DNA from: an uncultured Methanosarcinaceae archaeon
Lineage (GTDB): Archaea; Halobacteriota; Methanosarcinia; Methanosarcinales; Methanosarcinaceae
Assembly: GCA_963847185.1 (NCBI GenBank)
Contig: CAWJYV010000008.1
Span: 480,001 to 544,000 of the forward strand
DNA: 64,000 nucleotides
Reading direction: 5' to 3'
How positions within the stretch are numbered: the first letter of the stretch is position 1; every line of letters begins with the position of its first letter. This document shows, piece after piece, positions 1 to 11,079 of the stretch. The notes beneath the pieces were generated by a model. It did not search any database. It was not told where the DNA came from and saw nothing but the letters and a program-made list of their open reading frames with translations. Position numbers and translations under genes: made by a program.

Positions 1-1
1 A

Positions 2-745
2 TTGCAGGATTCTTTTATGAAAAAGGCAGTTAACGTAAAAAATGATCTCCTCGAAACCAGGCTTGTTGAAGCACGAGAGGAACTTATTGGTTTAAAAAAT
101 TTTCCTGATTCTGAGTTTGTCAGCGTTATCAAGGAGCTGGGGTTTAAGTGTGAACTATGTGCACGCTGCTGTACTAAAGAGTTTAATGACCATGTTTTTT
201 TGCTAGATGCAGATATCGCTGCAATAAGAAAAATAAACCCTGATGCTCTGGTGCCTGCTCCTTATTATGAGTTTTGCGACCAGAATGGCAAGTTTTATGT
301 CTCAGGCTATTCTTTGAAAACAAAGCCTGACGGCTCTTGCATTTTCCTTGACAACAAACGCTGTAAGATCTATGAAAAGCGTCCTTCAATCTGCAGGGTT
401 TACCCTCACATGCTCCACAGGGAAGCTGATGAATCAGGTAAGGTTGAATGGCGCCAGATAAGCGGCTTAAATGAACATGGAAGTTACCATTCGGAACTCG
501 AAGACTGCGAATGTAAAGCAATTGCCGGAGATACCAGGGCTTACGAAGAAGCTTACCTGGTGCAGATAATCCATTTTCTTGAGGCTATCCAGGCTCATTT
601 TCAAAAAAACGGTCTGAAACATGTTCAGAGGATATATGATCGCAGAATGAGGGAATTTCTTAAAGGTGAAAGTGAACTCGAAGTTTTTGTATATTCAGAG
701 AACGGGTTTGAAAAGTATAATCTCAAATCTGATATCTGTTCATAA
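2..745 (+). CDS. YkgJ-family (CxxCxxCC) Zn/Fe-chelating protein; true start may be a later Met
   Basis: FKCELCARCC and CIFLD..RCKIYEKRPSICRVYP motifs. Confidence 0.8.
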   Translation: MQDSFMKKAVNVKNDLLETRLVEAREELIGLKNFPDSEFVSVIKELGFKCELCARCCTKEFNDHVFLLDADIAAIRKINPDALVPAPYYEFCDQNGKFYVSGYSLKTKPDGSCIFLDNKRCKIYEKRPSICRVYPHMLHREADESGKVEWRQISGLNEHGSYHSELEDCECKAIAGDTRAYEEAYLVQIIHFLEAIQAHFQKNGLKHVQRIYDRRMREFLKGESELEVFVYSENGFEKYNLKSDICS

Positions 746-1435
746 AGCTTTATTTCTTTTACCTTTTACCTTCCATTTCAGGAGTACTCCACTCTCTATT
801 TTCTCTGCTGCGAGGAGTTCAAGTTCAAGGAGTTCAGCCTCTGAAAATCCTTTTCCGTCAGCAAAGGTTGGAGCTGCGCCCCCTCCTATAATTAAATTTC
901 CTACGAAAGTATATACTTCATCAACAAGGCCTGAGGAAAGCATGCCCCAGTTAAGGGTTGCCCCTCCTTCCACCATAAGAGTGTTTATCCCCATTTCCTT
1001 CAGTTTTCTTGCAAGCTCTGGAAGGTTGACTTTATCAGTTCCTGTCTTGATAACAAGAGCTTTTTTTTCCAGTTTTTCTACATTTTCAGCAGGTGCTGAG
1101 TTTGAGACTGCAATTATCCTTATTCCTTCCCCTTTTTTAAAAATATCAGCATCCAGAGGGGTTCTTGCTGAACTATCTACAATAATCCTTACCGGATTTT
1201 CACTTTTTCCGGCAGTTTTCCTGGCATTTTTTCTTTCTGGAGATTTTACAGTAAGGCTGGGGTCGTCTGAAAGGACTGTTCCAATTCCTACCATAATCGC
1301 ATCGGTTTGAGCTCTTAGCTCATCTACTCTTTCAAAATCGGTTTTTCCGGAGATTTTGACCTGTTTTCTTTCTTTTGTTGAAAGTTTGCCGTCAGCTGAC
1401 ATTGCAGAATTGATAAAAACAAAAGGCCTATCCAT
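740..1435 (-). CDS. arfC: 2,5-diamino-6-ribosylamino-4(3H)-pyrimidinone 5'-phosphate reductase (RibD C-terminal family)
   Basis: AMSADGK, DAIMVGIGTVLSDDPSLTV and LMVEGGATL motifs. Confidence 0.9.
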   Translation of the reverse strand: MDRPFVFINSAMSADGKLSTKERKQVKISGKTDFERVDELRAQTDAIMVGIGTVLSDDPSLTVKSPERKNARKTAGKSENPVRIIVDSSARTPLDADIFKKGEGIRIIAVSNSAPAENVEKLEKKALVIKTGTDKVNLPELARKLKEMGINTLMVEGGATLNWGMLSSGLVDEVYTFVGNLIIGGGAAPTFADGKGFSEAELLELELLAAEKIESGVLLKWKVKGKRNKAL

Positions 1436-1581
1436 TTTCGGGCTCCTGAAAAAAAGTATTTGGGAGACTTGATATAAGTTTTATCTCCCTTTGAGCAGAT
1501 TCTTTAATAATTTAAATTTGTTTTTATCTGTTGTTAGTTTATCTTAAAGGCCTGAAGATTTAAAAGCAGGTTTTAACCCGA

Positions 1582-2436
1582 TTATTGGGAATCTATTAGA
1601 GGCTTCAGGAGATCATAGTCTCTCAAAAGGCCCTGAAGCTTGCGGTTTGAGTTAATGATTGGGATCTGGTCAATCCTGTTCCGCTTCATCTTCCTTGCAC
1701 AATCGCTGACAGATGCGATGTAAGTGGCTGTGATCGGTTCCTTAATCATAATATCACTTCCGATCATGTTTGGGACTTTTATTCTTGACACACTATAATA
1801 TATACTCATGGTGTCCCGCATTGATTCCCAGGTCCAGGCATCGTCGTCAAGACCGGCAGACATATCTGACATCTCTACACTGTCCTCTATTACGCTCGCA
1901 GCAATAACGTCCCGATCCGAGATTATTCCTACAAGTTCCAGATTCCCATCAAGCACAGGGACAGCCTTGACGCCTGCGAGCTCCATAATCCTTGCGACTA
2001 CAGGTAAAGGCGTTTCACTATAAATTGCAACTACTTCTTCTTCTACATAGTCTTTGATAGGAATATCGATATTCATATCTGCGATTGTGCCTACCACATC
2101 TGCTACAGTAACAAGTCCTACGAGTTTCCCGTTGTCTACTACGGGGAGCCTTCTTATCTCATTTTCTAAAAGAAGACGTGCAGCAGTTTGCAGGTCCGAC
2201 CCAGGGGATATAGTTATCGGATCCCGTGTCATAAGAAGGGCCAGCTGTTCTTCTTCAGGTTTCTGAAGAAGGTTAGTCCTGGTTACAATCCCTACAATTT
2301 TGGAATCTTTAAGTACCGGAACCCCCGAGATGTGTTTGTTCTTAAGGATTTTAAGAACTTCGTCCCTTGAACCGGGAAGGGTTGCACTTGCTACATCCCT
2401 TACCATAATATCCTCAATAAAGATGTTTTTTGGCAT
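1582..2436 (-). CDS. CBS-domain protein (two CBS pairs)
   Basis: Repeated ISGVPV / IRRLPVVD / LVGIIS CBS motifs. Confidence 0.9.
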   Translation of the reverse strand: MPKNIFIEDIMVRDVASATLPGSRDEVLKILKNKHISGVPVLKDSKIVGIVTRTNLLQKPEEEQLALLMTRDPITISPGSDLQTAARLLLENEIRRLPVVDNGKLVGLVTVADVVGTIADMNIDIPIKDYVEEEVVAIYSETPLPVVARIMELAGVKAVPVLDGNLELVGIISDRDVIAASVIEDSVEMSDMSAGLDDDAWTWESMRDTMSIYYSVSRIKVPNMIGSDIMIKEPITATYIASVSDCARKMKRNRIDQIPIINSNRKLQGLLRDYDLLKPLIDSQ

Positions 2437-2512
2437 CTTATCTACCTTTATCCTCTGAATCCTGAGTTTCTTTTATTTCTTTTCCCAAAAGGCTTCCAGT
2501 TGACAGAATATA

Positions 2513-2965
2513 TTAGATTTCTTCGTTACCCCTAACTACCATTACCGGAACTTTTGAGCCTCTTATCACTTTTTCTGCAACGCTGCCCATTAAAAACCTG
2601 TCCAGTCCGGTTTTTCCAAGGGTGCCCATCACTATCAGGTCAGCGTTGTTGTTTTCCGCAAAATCGATTATCTCGTTACTTGGGTGTCCTTCCCAGAGTA
2701 CCTCCCTTACCTCTACTCCTGCAGCTTCTCCACGTTCCTTAACTTCATATACTGCTCTTTCCCCCTCTTTTCTCAGGATTTCATACATTGCTTCCCAGCC
2801 GGCATCCATTGGTATTGAGGAAAAAGAAGATGTATCTACTACGTAAAGAGCATGAATTGTAGCTCCGCTAAGCTTTGCAATTTCGATGCCGTGAGAGATG
2901 GCCCTCTGTGTGTTCTCGGATCCGTCTGTTGCAATTACTATATTCCGGTAAAGCTCGCTCGTCAT
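2513..2965 (-). CDS. Universal stress protein (UspA family)
   Basis: IVIATDGS, DLIVMGTLG..GLDRFLMGSVAEKV. Confidence 0.92.
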   Translation of the reverse strand: MTSELYRNIVIATDGSENTQRAISHGIEIAKLSGATIHALYVVDTSSFSSIPMDAGWEAMYEILRKEGERAVYEVKERGEAAGVEVREVLWEGHPSNEIIDFAENNNADLIVMGTLGKTGLDRFLMGSVAEKVIRGSKVPVMVVRGNEEI

Positions 2966-2984
2966 ATTTCGTTCTCCATTTGCT

Positions 2985-4094
2985 TTACGAATGAAATACC
3001 GATATTATATCATCGGGTCTTGCCCGCCTTGTGATTCCACTTATAGGGTCCTTTATTCCTGATAGATTATTGGAACTTCCATTCAGGATCATCAGATTAG
3101 CTTTATTCCCCTTTTCAATAGAACATGTGGAGTTTGGCCCCATTACAAAAGAACCATTAAGTGTGCAAATTTTAAATACTTGCCTATCATCAATTGAAAA
3201 TATTTTGGACATGAATTCCATTTCAGCAAACATATTTACAGAATTTAACATTACATTATCTGTTCCTGCAGCTACCCTGATTCCAGCATCAAGCATTTCT
3301 GCAATAGGTGCCATTCCAGCTCCTGTAATTAAGTTAGACCTGGGACACACAACAACGGGAATTCCTGCTTCAGCCACGTTATCAAGATCTTTTCTTGTGG
3401 CGTTTGTCATGTGAATAAGCAGATCAGGCTCCAAAGATAGTGCTTTTTCTATATCGCTCCTGTCTTTTTCTCCTGCATGAATTGCAAAGAATTTCTTCAG
3501 GTCTCGCGTATATGTAACGATTTCCTCAAGTAATTCAATGTCCAGATCATTTGTTCCGCTCATTCCAAGCCCTCTGGAATGTAGAAGAACTCTTTTTACT
3601 TCGGCCAGAACTACCTGAAGAGGTAGCTCGGGTTCTGCAGGTCTACCCAGTACCATAGATTTCAGTTCGAGTCCTTCAAGAGCTTTATTTAGGGCTGCAA
3701 CTCCTACAACCCCTCCTTCTCTAAAATCTGCAAAAGCACAGGTACCGGTTTCTATCATATCAAATAAGGACCTTCTTATGCATTCGATCAGGGTTTTATA
3801 TGGCGTTTCTCCAAGAATCCTGTGTTTTAACCCGTCAGGAGGTTTTACAAGTGAGTCAAGATCTCTCTGGATCTGAAAGTTAGAAACTTTTCCCAGAGGA
3901 GGATCTTTCAATACCGAGTCTCCAAGATGAGTATGGGCATTGACAAAACAGGGAGCTATTATATTGGAAGAATATGTATGCTCCTCTCCAATTTCCGTAA
4001 CTATTCCGTTTTTTACGCAGATATATCCTTCAATAGGTTCCAGTTCTGGGCCTGCAATTATTGTTCCGGGAATCATCTGTTCAGTGCCGTACAT
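2985..4094 (-). CDS. Amidohydrolase / metal-dependent deaminase family protein
   Basis: FVNAHTHLGD, IHAGE, VCPRSN, GTDN metal-binding motifs. Confidence 0.88.
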   Translation of the reverse strand: MYGTEQMIPGTIIAGPELEPIEGYICVKNGIVTEIGEEHTYSSNIIAPCFVNAHTHLGDSVLKDPPLGKVSNFQIQRDLDSLVKPPDGLKHRILGETPYKTLIECIRRSLFDMIETGTCAFADFREGGVVGVAALNKALEGLELKSMVLGRPAEPELPLQVVLAEVKRVLLHSRGLGMSGTNDLDIELLEEIVTYTRDLKKFFAIHAGEKDRSDIEKALSLEPDLLIHMTNATRKDLDNVAEAGIPVVVCPRSNLITGAGMAPIAEMLDAGIRVAAGTDNVMLNSVNMFAEMEFMSKIFSIDDRQVFKICTLNGSFVMGPNSTCSIEKGNKANLMILNGSSNNLSGIKDPISGITRRARPDDIISVFHS

Positions 4095-4454
4095 ATATAC
4101 GCACCTCTGCTAATTATCAAACGCCTGTGCTCAGTTGGTGGATGACCAAACATATGCATAATATATAACTTTTCCTTCAGATTATCTATAATACATTGAT
4201 TTTGGAATTAAACTACTGGAAATTTTCTTTCCGTATTTTAAATCTCTTTTTGACGATGCAATGAGTTTTGTCCTTTTACTGGTCTCATACATCTGTATCC
4301 TTTCTCTGTTATTTCTCAGGTATACTTTTTCTTTCTTATTACAAAATATTGCTCTTTAATGACTTTCATATGGCTATAGTTTAAACATGTTTATTTGAAA
4401 TCAAAGATTTTTTTCAGTTACTTTTATATATCATTAAGGATTTATATGTCCTTC

Positions 4455-4631
4455 ATCGCATTGTATAGGTCCTTGCACGAGATAATGGGATAACCTGACT
4501 GTGAGTGTACAGACAACCCCAATGCGGTACATCGGTAGTGTGACATTGCCTGGCACGAGGGTAACTGAAAGGGACTGCGGAAAACCAGAGGATGAACTTT
4601 CGGAGTTAGTGCGTCCGGGCTACAACACTAT
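4455..4631 (+). ncRNA. Putative structured sRNA, H/ACA-guide-like (two hairpins)
   Basis: GC-rich island in an AT-rich spacer. ATCGCATTG (4455-63) pairs with CAATGCGGT (4520-28), followed by ACA. A second hairpin is closed by TAGTGT/ACACTA. TATA-like TTTATATA lies at about 4423-4430. Confidence 0.55.
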
Positions 4632-4818
4632 TCTCTCCTGCTTTCAAAAATCATATCTGTCAATCATATTTGTCAGTTACTTTACTAATCATTTTGGTAT
4701 CAATTTCATAGTGGTTTTACCAATATCTGATTATATTTTTGCTACTTATGGATATTCTTCCCCCTCTCCGCGCTGATTCGTTATTGTTTTATAGAATACT
4801 TAGAAAGATATAACACAT

Positions 4819-5136
4819 ATGTCCTTTGAAGAGGCAATAAAAGACCTTAATTCAGCTGTTCTTGTTGATATCGAGGTTACACCCGGCTCCAAGTCAGTCT
4901 CGGTTCCTAGTGGTTATAATGAATGGCGTAAAAGAATTGAAGTAAAATTAACAAAAAATGCTCAAAAAGGAAAAGCTAATGAACAGCTGGTCGAGTGCCT
5001 TGCCAAACTCTTCGGAATCAGCAGTTCGGATATTGTTATCAGCAGTGGAGCGACAAGCAGTAAGAAATCTTTATTGATAAAAGGAATCTCTTACCAGCAG
5101 GCGGTTTCTATTTTTGCAGTCTACTTAAGGAGTTAA
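4819..5136 (+). CDS. DUF167 / YggU (UPF0235) family protein
   Basis: VTPGSK..GYNEWRKRIEV, GKANEQL, GATSSKK. Confidence 0.85.
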   Translation: MSFEEAIKDLNSAVLVDIEVTPGSKSVSVPSGYNEWRKRIEVKLTKNAQKGKANEQLVECLAKLFGISSSDIVISSGATSSKKSLLIKGISYQQAVSIFAVYLRS

Positions 5137-5326
5137 AGTAGGCAGTCTACTTAAGGAATTAAGTAGTATATAGATAGATAAATATATCTATAATTCAACA
5201 AATAACTAAATATAAAAATAAAATCTCTTTTAAGAATCGATAGAGTTATTAACAGTAATTTTTAGCTTTTAAAAAATACTTTGAAAAGTTAAGTCCAATT
5301 TCTCAATATTTTAGCTACAAAAAAGG

Positions 5327-5770
5327 TTGCAGAATAACGTGGTTGATCCTGAAATTTACAGAAAAAGGCTTGAAAGGATTGAAGAGCTACTCGCCGAACT
5401 TTTAGAGTATTCAGAAAAAGGAGCAATCATTATTGTGGAGGGAAAAAGAGATATTTTTTCATTGAAAGGGCTTGGAATCGAAGGTAACTTTGAACTTGCA
5501 ACAAGACATTCTCTTTTTAATTTTTCTGAGGAAATTGCAAGACGTGGCAGTGAAGTAATCATACTTACGGATTGGGACAGGCGAGGTGACATACTTGCTG
5601 CAAAGCTTTCAGAATACCTCAAAAGTTTTGGTTTGAAACCTGAGCTTCAGATCCGAAATAAACTGAGGCTTATTTCTCAAAAAGAAATTAAAGATGTGGA
5701 GAGCCTGTATACCTATGTTTCGAATCTAAGATTGAAGGCCGGCTCAAGTTTTGACGAAGATATTAAGTGA
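5327..5770 (+). CDS. Small TOPRIM-domain protein (UPF0292-like)
   Basis: IIVEGKRD and [15 protein letters not shown] motifs. Confidence 0.88.
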   Translation: MQNNVVDPEIYRKRLERIEELLAELLEYSEKGAIIIVEGKRDIFSLKGLGIEGNFELATRHSLFNFSEEIARRGSEVIILTDWDRRGDILAAKLSEYLKSFGLKPELQIRNKLRLISQKEIKDVESLYTYVSNLRLKAGSSFDEDIK

Positions 5771-6015
5771 AAAATGAAATTATGAAGCTATGCGAGGCTT
5801 CTTTTGTAATAATAGTTCTAAACCATGTATGAAAATATTTTAAGAGTAGTGCGAAAACATATATAAAATATCTTGAATAGATCTAAGAACTGAAGACTTC
5901 AAGAAGATAAAGAAGATAAAGAAGATAAAGAAAAATGCATTTAAATAGGTAATTTCTTTTTCTTTATCTAAAAAACAAAAATTATGGATTATTCTCGATA
6001 GTCGTAGGAGTGTTC

Positions 6016-6432
6016 TTATTCTTTATGCATGGGATTGGGAACTTCTCCTTTCTCCTGCAGCATTTCCATACTTTGTGGGCTTTTTTGATGATTAAATGTC
6101 CGGTCAAATTCCGGATACTTTGAGAATCTGTCAGCCAGTTCTTCAAACATTTTGTGTCTTGGACTGATAATTATTATATGAGCAGGGGGATGAATTTTCT
6201 TCAACCTGCTTATCGCAGCTCCAGCATGATTATTCAATTCTACCAGTGCTGCTGAATTACATTTTGACTTGAGAGATACACCCATCACATTCACAAGAAG
6301 CTCATCAGCATAGTTTGGTTCTATGCATTTAGGAGTGGCTGAAAATTGGATATGTCCGTATCGTTCAAGGTCATGTAATGCTATTTTTACTTTATCCGAG
6401 TCGTCTGCCCGGACTAATGCGAATGATTTCAT
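6016..6432 (-). CDS. DUF356-like conserved methanogen protein
   Basis: LVRADD..K...AL.DLERY, KIHPPAHIIII. Confidence 0.7.
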   Translation of the reverse strand: MKSFALVRADDSDKVKIALHDLERYGHIQFSATPKCIEPNYADELLVNVMGVSLKSKCNSAALVELNNHAGAAISRLKKIHPPAHIIIISPRHKMFEELADRFSKYPEFDRTFNHQKSPQSMEMLQEKGEVPNPMHKE

Positions 6433-7377
6433 TTTTTACACACCACCAATACTGAAGTTATCCCCATTTCGATATGGATTTACCCCTATAATAATCTTTG
6501 TGTAAAGAACGGCAATTAAAGACCGAAATTTTCGGACAGATGCGGCATCTTAATCACTTTTAAGATGTTATATAGGAGCTTTAGGTCTGAATAATCCTTA
6601 TTCACCTGTTTCTCTTACGCAAGGCGTTTTCAAAAATTATAAGGGTTTATCAAAATTTCTTTTTTCAAGATTTAGTATTCGTTTCCAGGTAATGGAATAG
6701 CGTATTCTATAGTTATATGCATGGTATATATATTCTTTGAAATAATATTTCATTATTAAAAGCTTTTTTTAAAACTCTATTTTTTAAAATAAGTTGAATT
6801 ATGTTTTCCTTTGAGGCGAAACGTTCAGATATTAATCTCTAAATTGAGTTATTTACTGCTAGTTTAACTCTCAAATGACATTAATTTTACTCATATCCAG
6901 AAGGGTATCTACGACTCTTGACTTTAAAAGTCAAGAACTTGATATATAAATAAAGAACCTGATACATATGCCAAAAACTTGATATCTATTACCGTGGGTT
7001 ATGTTTCTTTCTCCAGTTATTACAATTCAGCATCATTTGAAATAAATATATCTTTTATTAGAACCTTTATATTTTATATACATGAACAATGTGCAGAAAG
7101 ACACATCATAAGATTGTCTGTACTCTCTTTTCGTTTAATACTTACTTTGTGAATGTAACGGGAAGAATTAATACACCTTTAGATTATGAATATAGCTCTA
7201 ATAAATACAATTAATTTTTCAATTTGATTCAATAAGGCAATTTATAATAAGACTCATCGCTTATTTCCCGATGCCTGATTAACGTTCAATATGTTGAATT
7301 AATGAAGCGATTAAGAAGTTAGTTGCTCAGCCCCCAGATTAAAGTTTTTAAGGGTTATCAAAAAAGATGGTGATTGT

Positions 7378-8721
7378 ATGGCTGAAGATATTAAGACTAA
7401 AGTTATAAAGGCAAAAAAAGCGTCAATTGAACTTTCCAGTGTGAGCGAGGAAATAAAAAACAGAGCTCTTGAGGCTATGGCCAGTGCTCTTGATAAAGAA
7501 AGGCAGGCCATTCTGGACGCAAATTCAAAAGATCTTGAAGCTGCAGTAGAACTGAAGAAAAAAGGGAAGCTTACCCAGGCCCTTGTGGATAGACTTAAAG
7601 TAAATGACTCGAAGATTAACGGGATGATTGCGGGCATAAGAGATGTGATAAAACTCAGGGATCCTGTTGGAGACACTCTGTCTACTCTTGAGCTTGACAA
7701 AGATCTTATTCTTTATCAGATAAGCTGCCCCATAGGCTTAATAGGGGTCATTTTCGAGTCCAGGCCTGATGTAGTACCTCAGGTAATGTCCCTTTGCCTG
7801 AAGAGCGGAAATGCGACTATCTTCAAAGGTGGAAGTGAGGCCAGAGAGTCCAATCGCACTATTTTCGAGATTTTAGTTAAAGCCATAGAATCCATAGACG
7901 GCATGCCGGAAGGCGCTTTCCAGCTTATGGAAACCAGAGAAGAGATAATGGATCTTTTGAGCCTTGATGCCTATGTTGACCTTCTTATTCCCAGAGGCTC
8001 AAACGAATTTGTCAAATTTATTCAGGAAAATACGAAGATCCCTGTACTGGGACATACCAGCGGAATCTGCCATATTTATGTGGATGAATATGCTGATCTT
8101 GATACTGCATGGAAAGTCTGTTTTGATGCCAAAGTGCAGTATCCTGCCGTATGCAATGCCATCGAAACTCTACTTGTAAACCGCGAAATTGCAGATTCCT
8201 TCCTGCCTAAAATGGCGGAAATGTATCTCGGGGCAGGGGTTGAACTGCGCTGTGACAAGGACAGCTATGATCTGCTTTCAAAAAGAGGTTTCTCTCCTCT
8301 TTCAAAAGCTACTGAAGAGGATTGGAGTCTTGAGTACAATGATCTTATCCTTTCCATAAAGCTCGTCAATGCGATGAAGGGAGCTATTGATCATATAAAC
8401 ACTTTCGGTTCCCACCACACTGATGGGATTATTTCAGAAAATGCATCCCGGAGAAAAGAATTCATAGGGCTTGTTGACTCATCGAGTGTCATGGTAAATG
8501 CCTCAACTCGTTTTGCGGACGGTTATCGTTACGGAAAAGGGGCTGAAGTAGGAATCAGCACTAACAAGATCCATTCCCGGGGACCTGTAGGGATGGAAGG
8601 CTTGCTGATTTACAAGTATATCCTTATGGGCAAAGGGCAGGTTGTTGCGGACTATGTGGGAGATAATGCAAAACCCTATACTCACAGGAAACTTGACCTT
8701 GAATTCAAAGATATGAACTAA
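7378..8721 (+). CDS. proA: Gamma-glutamyl phosphate reductase
   Basis: GVIFESRP, CNAIETLL, VNASTRFADG..G.GAEVGIST.KIHSRGPVG. Confidence 0.97.
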   Translation: MAEDIKTKVIKAKKASIELSSVSEEIKNRALEAMASALDKERQAILDANSKDLEAAVELKKKGKLTQALVDRLKVNDSKINGMIAGIRDVIKLRDPVGDTLSTLELDKDLILYQISCPIGLIGVIFESRPDVVPQVMSLCLKSGNATIFKGGSEARESNRTIFEILVKAIESIDGMPEGAFQLMETREEIMDLLSLDAYVDLLIPRGSNEFVKFIQENTKIPVLGHTSGICHIYVDEYADLDTAWKVCFDAKVQYPAVCNAIETLLVNREIADSFLPKMAEMYLGAGVELRCDKDSYDLLSKRGFSPLSKATEEDWSLEYNDLILSIKLVNAMKGAIDHINTFGSHHTDGIISENASRRKEFIGLVDSSSVMVNASTRFADGYRYGKGAEVGISTNKIHSRGPVGMEGLLIYKYILMGKGQVVADYVGDNAKPYTHRKLDLEFKDMN

Positions 8722-8855
8722 ACCTCTTTAATTTTATAATATCTTTATATATCTGGATTGAAATACCAGCACATTGAATGTAAGTTGTGGAAATCCGCAT
8801 TGCGGCTATTAGCTTTTTAGGCCGCACTTCCAAAATACCTTACGAGGCCTTGTGA

Positions 8856-10013
8856 TTGACAGATAGAAAAGAATTTCTTAGTGACGTTAATAAAATCGTT
8901 GTCAAAATCGGTACTTCCTCTATTACAAAAAAGAATTGTGACGATACGAAAGAAAACTGCAGCATTGACCCTTCCTATATGGAAAGCATTGCAGCCCAGG
9001 TATCCGAGCTCCGAAAGCATGGGAAAGAAGTAATTCTGGTGAGTTCGGGAGCAATAGGCGTAGGATTGAATGAACTGGGCATTGCCCCAAAACCTCGTGA
9101 AATTCCTATCAGACAGGCAGCGGCAGCTGTGGGGCAGAGCATTCTCATGCAGTACTGGAGCGAAGCATTTGCAAAGTATGGGATGAAAGTTGCTCAAATC
9201 CTTCTTACCTATGAATTCTATTCAGACCGTGTATCCTACCTGAATCTCAGGAACAGCATTTCTACTCTTCTGGAATATGGAGTCGTTCCGATTATAAACG
9301 AAAACGACTGTACCTGCACAAACGAGATTGAAGCGATCTTCGGAGATAATGATAAACTTTCTGCAATGGTTGCAAGCAAAATCGATGCTGATCTCCTTAT
9401 TATTCTTTCGGATATTGATGGTCTTTTTGATAAAAATCCAAAAACGCATAGTGACGCCAGACTGCTTTCCCTTGTGGAGAGGATCACTCCTGAAATAGAG
9501 AGTTATGGGGGTGACCCTACAAGTTTCAAGGGTGTAGGAGGAATGAGGACGAAAATAAAAGCTGCAAAGATCTGCAGTATGGCAGGTTGCTATGTGTTGA
9601 TTGCAAATAGCGAAATCAAGAACGTGGTGCTGAAGATTCTTTCCGGGGAAGAAATAGGAACGCTTTTCCTGGCTGAAAGGCATATTCAGAAGAATCGCTC
9701 CAGGTGGATTATTCTCTCAAGGGCTTCAGGTACTGTTCATGTAGACGCAGGGGCAAAAGCCGCGGTCCTTAAAAAAAACAGCCTCCTTCCTGCAGGTATT
9801 GTAGGGGTTGAGGGAATTTTTGACAGAGGGGATGTTATAAAGCTCGAGTGTGAAGGCAGAATCTTTGCAAAGGGAATTACAGACTATACCTCTGAAGAGC
9901 TTATGCAAATAAAAGGAGCTCATACGAACGAAATTGAAGGTATTCTGGGCTACAAAAACTACGATAATGTAATAAAAAAAGAAAATGTAGGCATACTGGA
10001 AGAAGTAAACTAA
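8856..10013 (+). CDS. proB: Glutamate 5-kinase with PUA domain
   Basis: VVKIGTSS, PIINEND, FGDNDKLSA, GGMRTK. Confidence 0.97.
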   Translation: MTDRKEFLSDVNKIVVKIGTSSITKKNCDDTKENCSIDPSYMESIAAQVSELRKHGKEVILVSSGAIGVGLNELGIAPKPREIPIRQAAAAVGQSILMQYWSEAFAKYGMKVAQILLTYEFYSDRVSYLNLRNSISTLLEYGVVPIINENDCTCTNEIEAIFGDNDKLSAMVASKIDADLLIILSDIDGLFDKNPKTHSDARLLSLVERITPEIESYGGDPTSFKGVGGMRTKIKAAKICSMAGCYVLIANSEIKNVVLKILSGEEIGTLFLAERHIQKNRSRWIILSRASGTVHVDAGAKAAVLKKNSLLPAGIVGVEGIFDRGDVIKLECEGRIFAKGITDYTSEELMQIKGAHTNEIEGILGYKNYDNVIKKENVGILEEVN

Positions 10014-10185
10014 ATATCGGGATTTCTAAGAGTTTAGATGAGTTCCTATTATTTGGAATATTTGGAATCCATTCTTAGAACCCATTCTTAATTATCAATC
10101 TTAAATTCCTTAAAAATCATTCTATAATAGCTAACTCTGAAGCAAATATTCCTTGATATTTACTCTTATCTTTGGAAATTAGGAG

Positions 10186-11007
10186 ATGTTATACATGGAA
10201 AATCGAAATATCGGATTTATCGGAGCAGGTAAAATGGGCTCTGCTCTCATGCAGGGAATCATTAAGGCCGGAATTGTTAAACCTGAAAATATTGGCGCAA
10301 GCGATGTATACGAGCCATTTTTAAATGAATTGAAGACAAATCTGGGAATCCGGGTCTCAACTGACAATGCTGTCATTGTCCAGGGATCGGACATTCTTAT
10401 CCTTGCAGTGAAACCTCAGACTCTTGATTCCGTACTTGCAAATCTAAGGGCTTACATAGGTCCTGAAAAACTTGTAATTTCAATTGCCGCAGGCGTACCT
10501 CTCTCTACCTATGAAAATGCCCTTCCAGAAGGCACCAGGGTCATACGTGTAATGCCTAATATAGCAGCCACGGTCTCAGAAGCTGCCTCCGGAATTTCTC
10601 CTGGCAGGAATGTCACTGCTGAAGACTTAAAAACAGCTCTTGAGATCTTTTCTGCAGTTGGCACAGCAGTTCAGGTGCCAGAGTCTCTTATGGATGCCGT
10701 TACAGGGCTTTCAGGAAGCGGGCCTGCTTTTATCTTCCCTGTAATTGAAGCAATGGCTGATGGGGCTGTCCTTGAAGGTATGGACAGGAAGAGTGCTCTT
10801 ACCCTGGCAGCCCAGACTGTACTTGGAGCTGCAAAAATGGCGCTTGAAACAGGCATGCACCCGGGAGAACTAAAAGATATGGTCACTTCTCCTGCCGGGA
10901 CTACAATTCAAGGTATTCATGCTCTTGAGGAAGCCGGAATCAGGGCTGCTTTTATGAATGCAGTTATAAGGGCAAGTGAACGCTCAAAAGAACTCGGGAA
11001 AAAGTAA
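10186..11007 (+). CDS. proC: Pyrroline-5-carboxylate reductase
   Basis: IGFIGAGKMG, RVMPN, SGSGPA, VTSPAGTT. Confidence 0.97.
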   Translation: MLYMENRNIGFIGAGKMGSALMQGIIKAGIVKPENIGASDVYEPFLNELKTNLGIRVSTDNAVIVQGSDILILAVKPQTLDSVLANLRAYIGPEKLVISIAAGVPLSTYENALPEGTRVIRVMPNIAATVSEAASGISPGRNVTAEDLKTALEIFSAVGTAVQVPESLMDAVTGLSGSGPAFIFPVIEAMADGAVLEGMDRKSALTLAAQTVLGAAKMALETGMHPGELKDMVTSPAGTTIQGIHALEEAGIRAAFMNAVIRASERSKELGKK

Positions 11008-11079
11008 ATCTCTTTTATTTTTCCGGTTTTCTTATTTTTCTTTTTGAATCTGGCAGCTAAAAGCGAAAAAAGTTTTAGA

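Noticed and set aside
666-1310. Long antisense ORFs in the track (e.g. 666-1310, 49477-50121, 52090-52704, 54080-54751)
   Set aside because: Shadow frames of well-supported genes on the opposite strand.
4455-4631. RNase P or SRP RNA
   Set aside because: Too short, and lacks the GAGGAAAGTCC and SRP helix-8 signatures.
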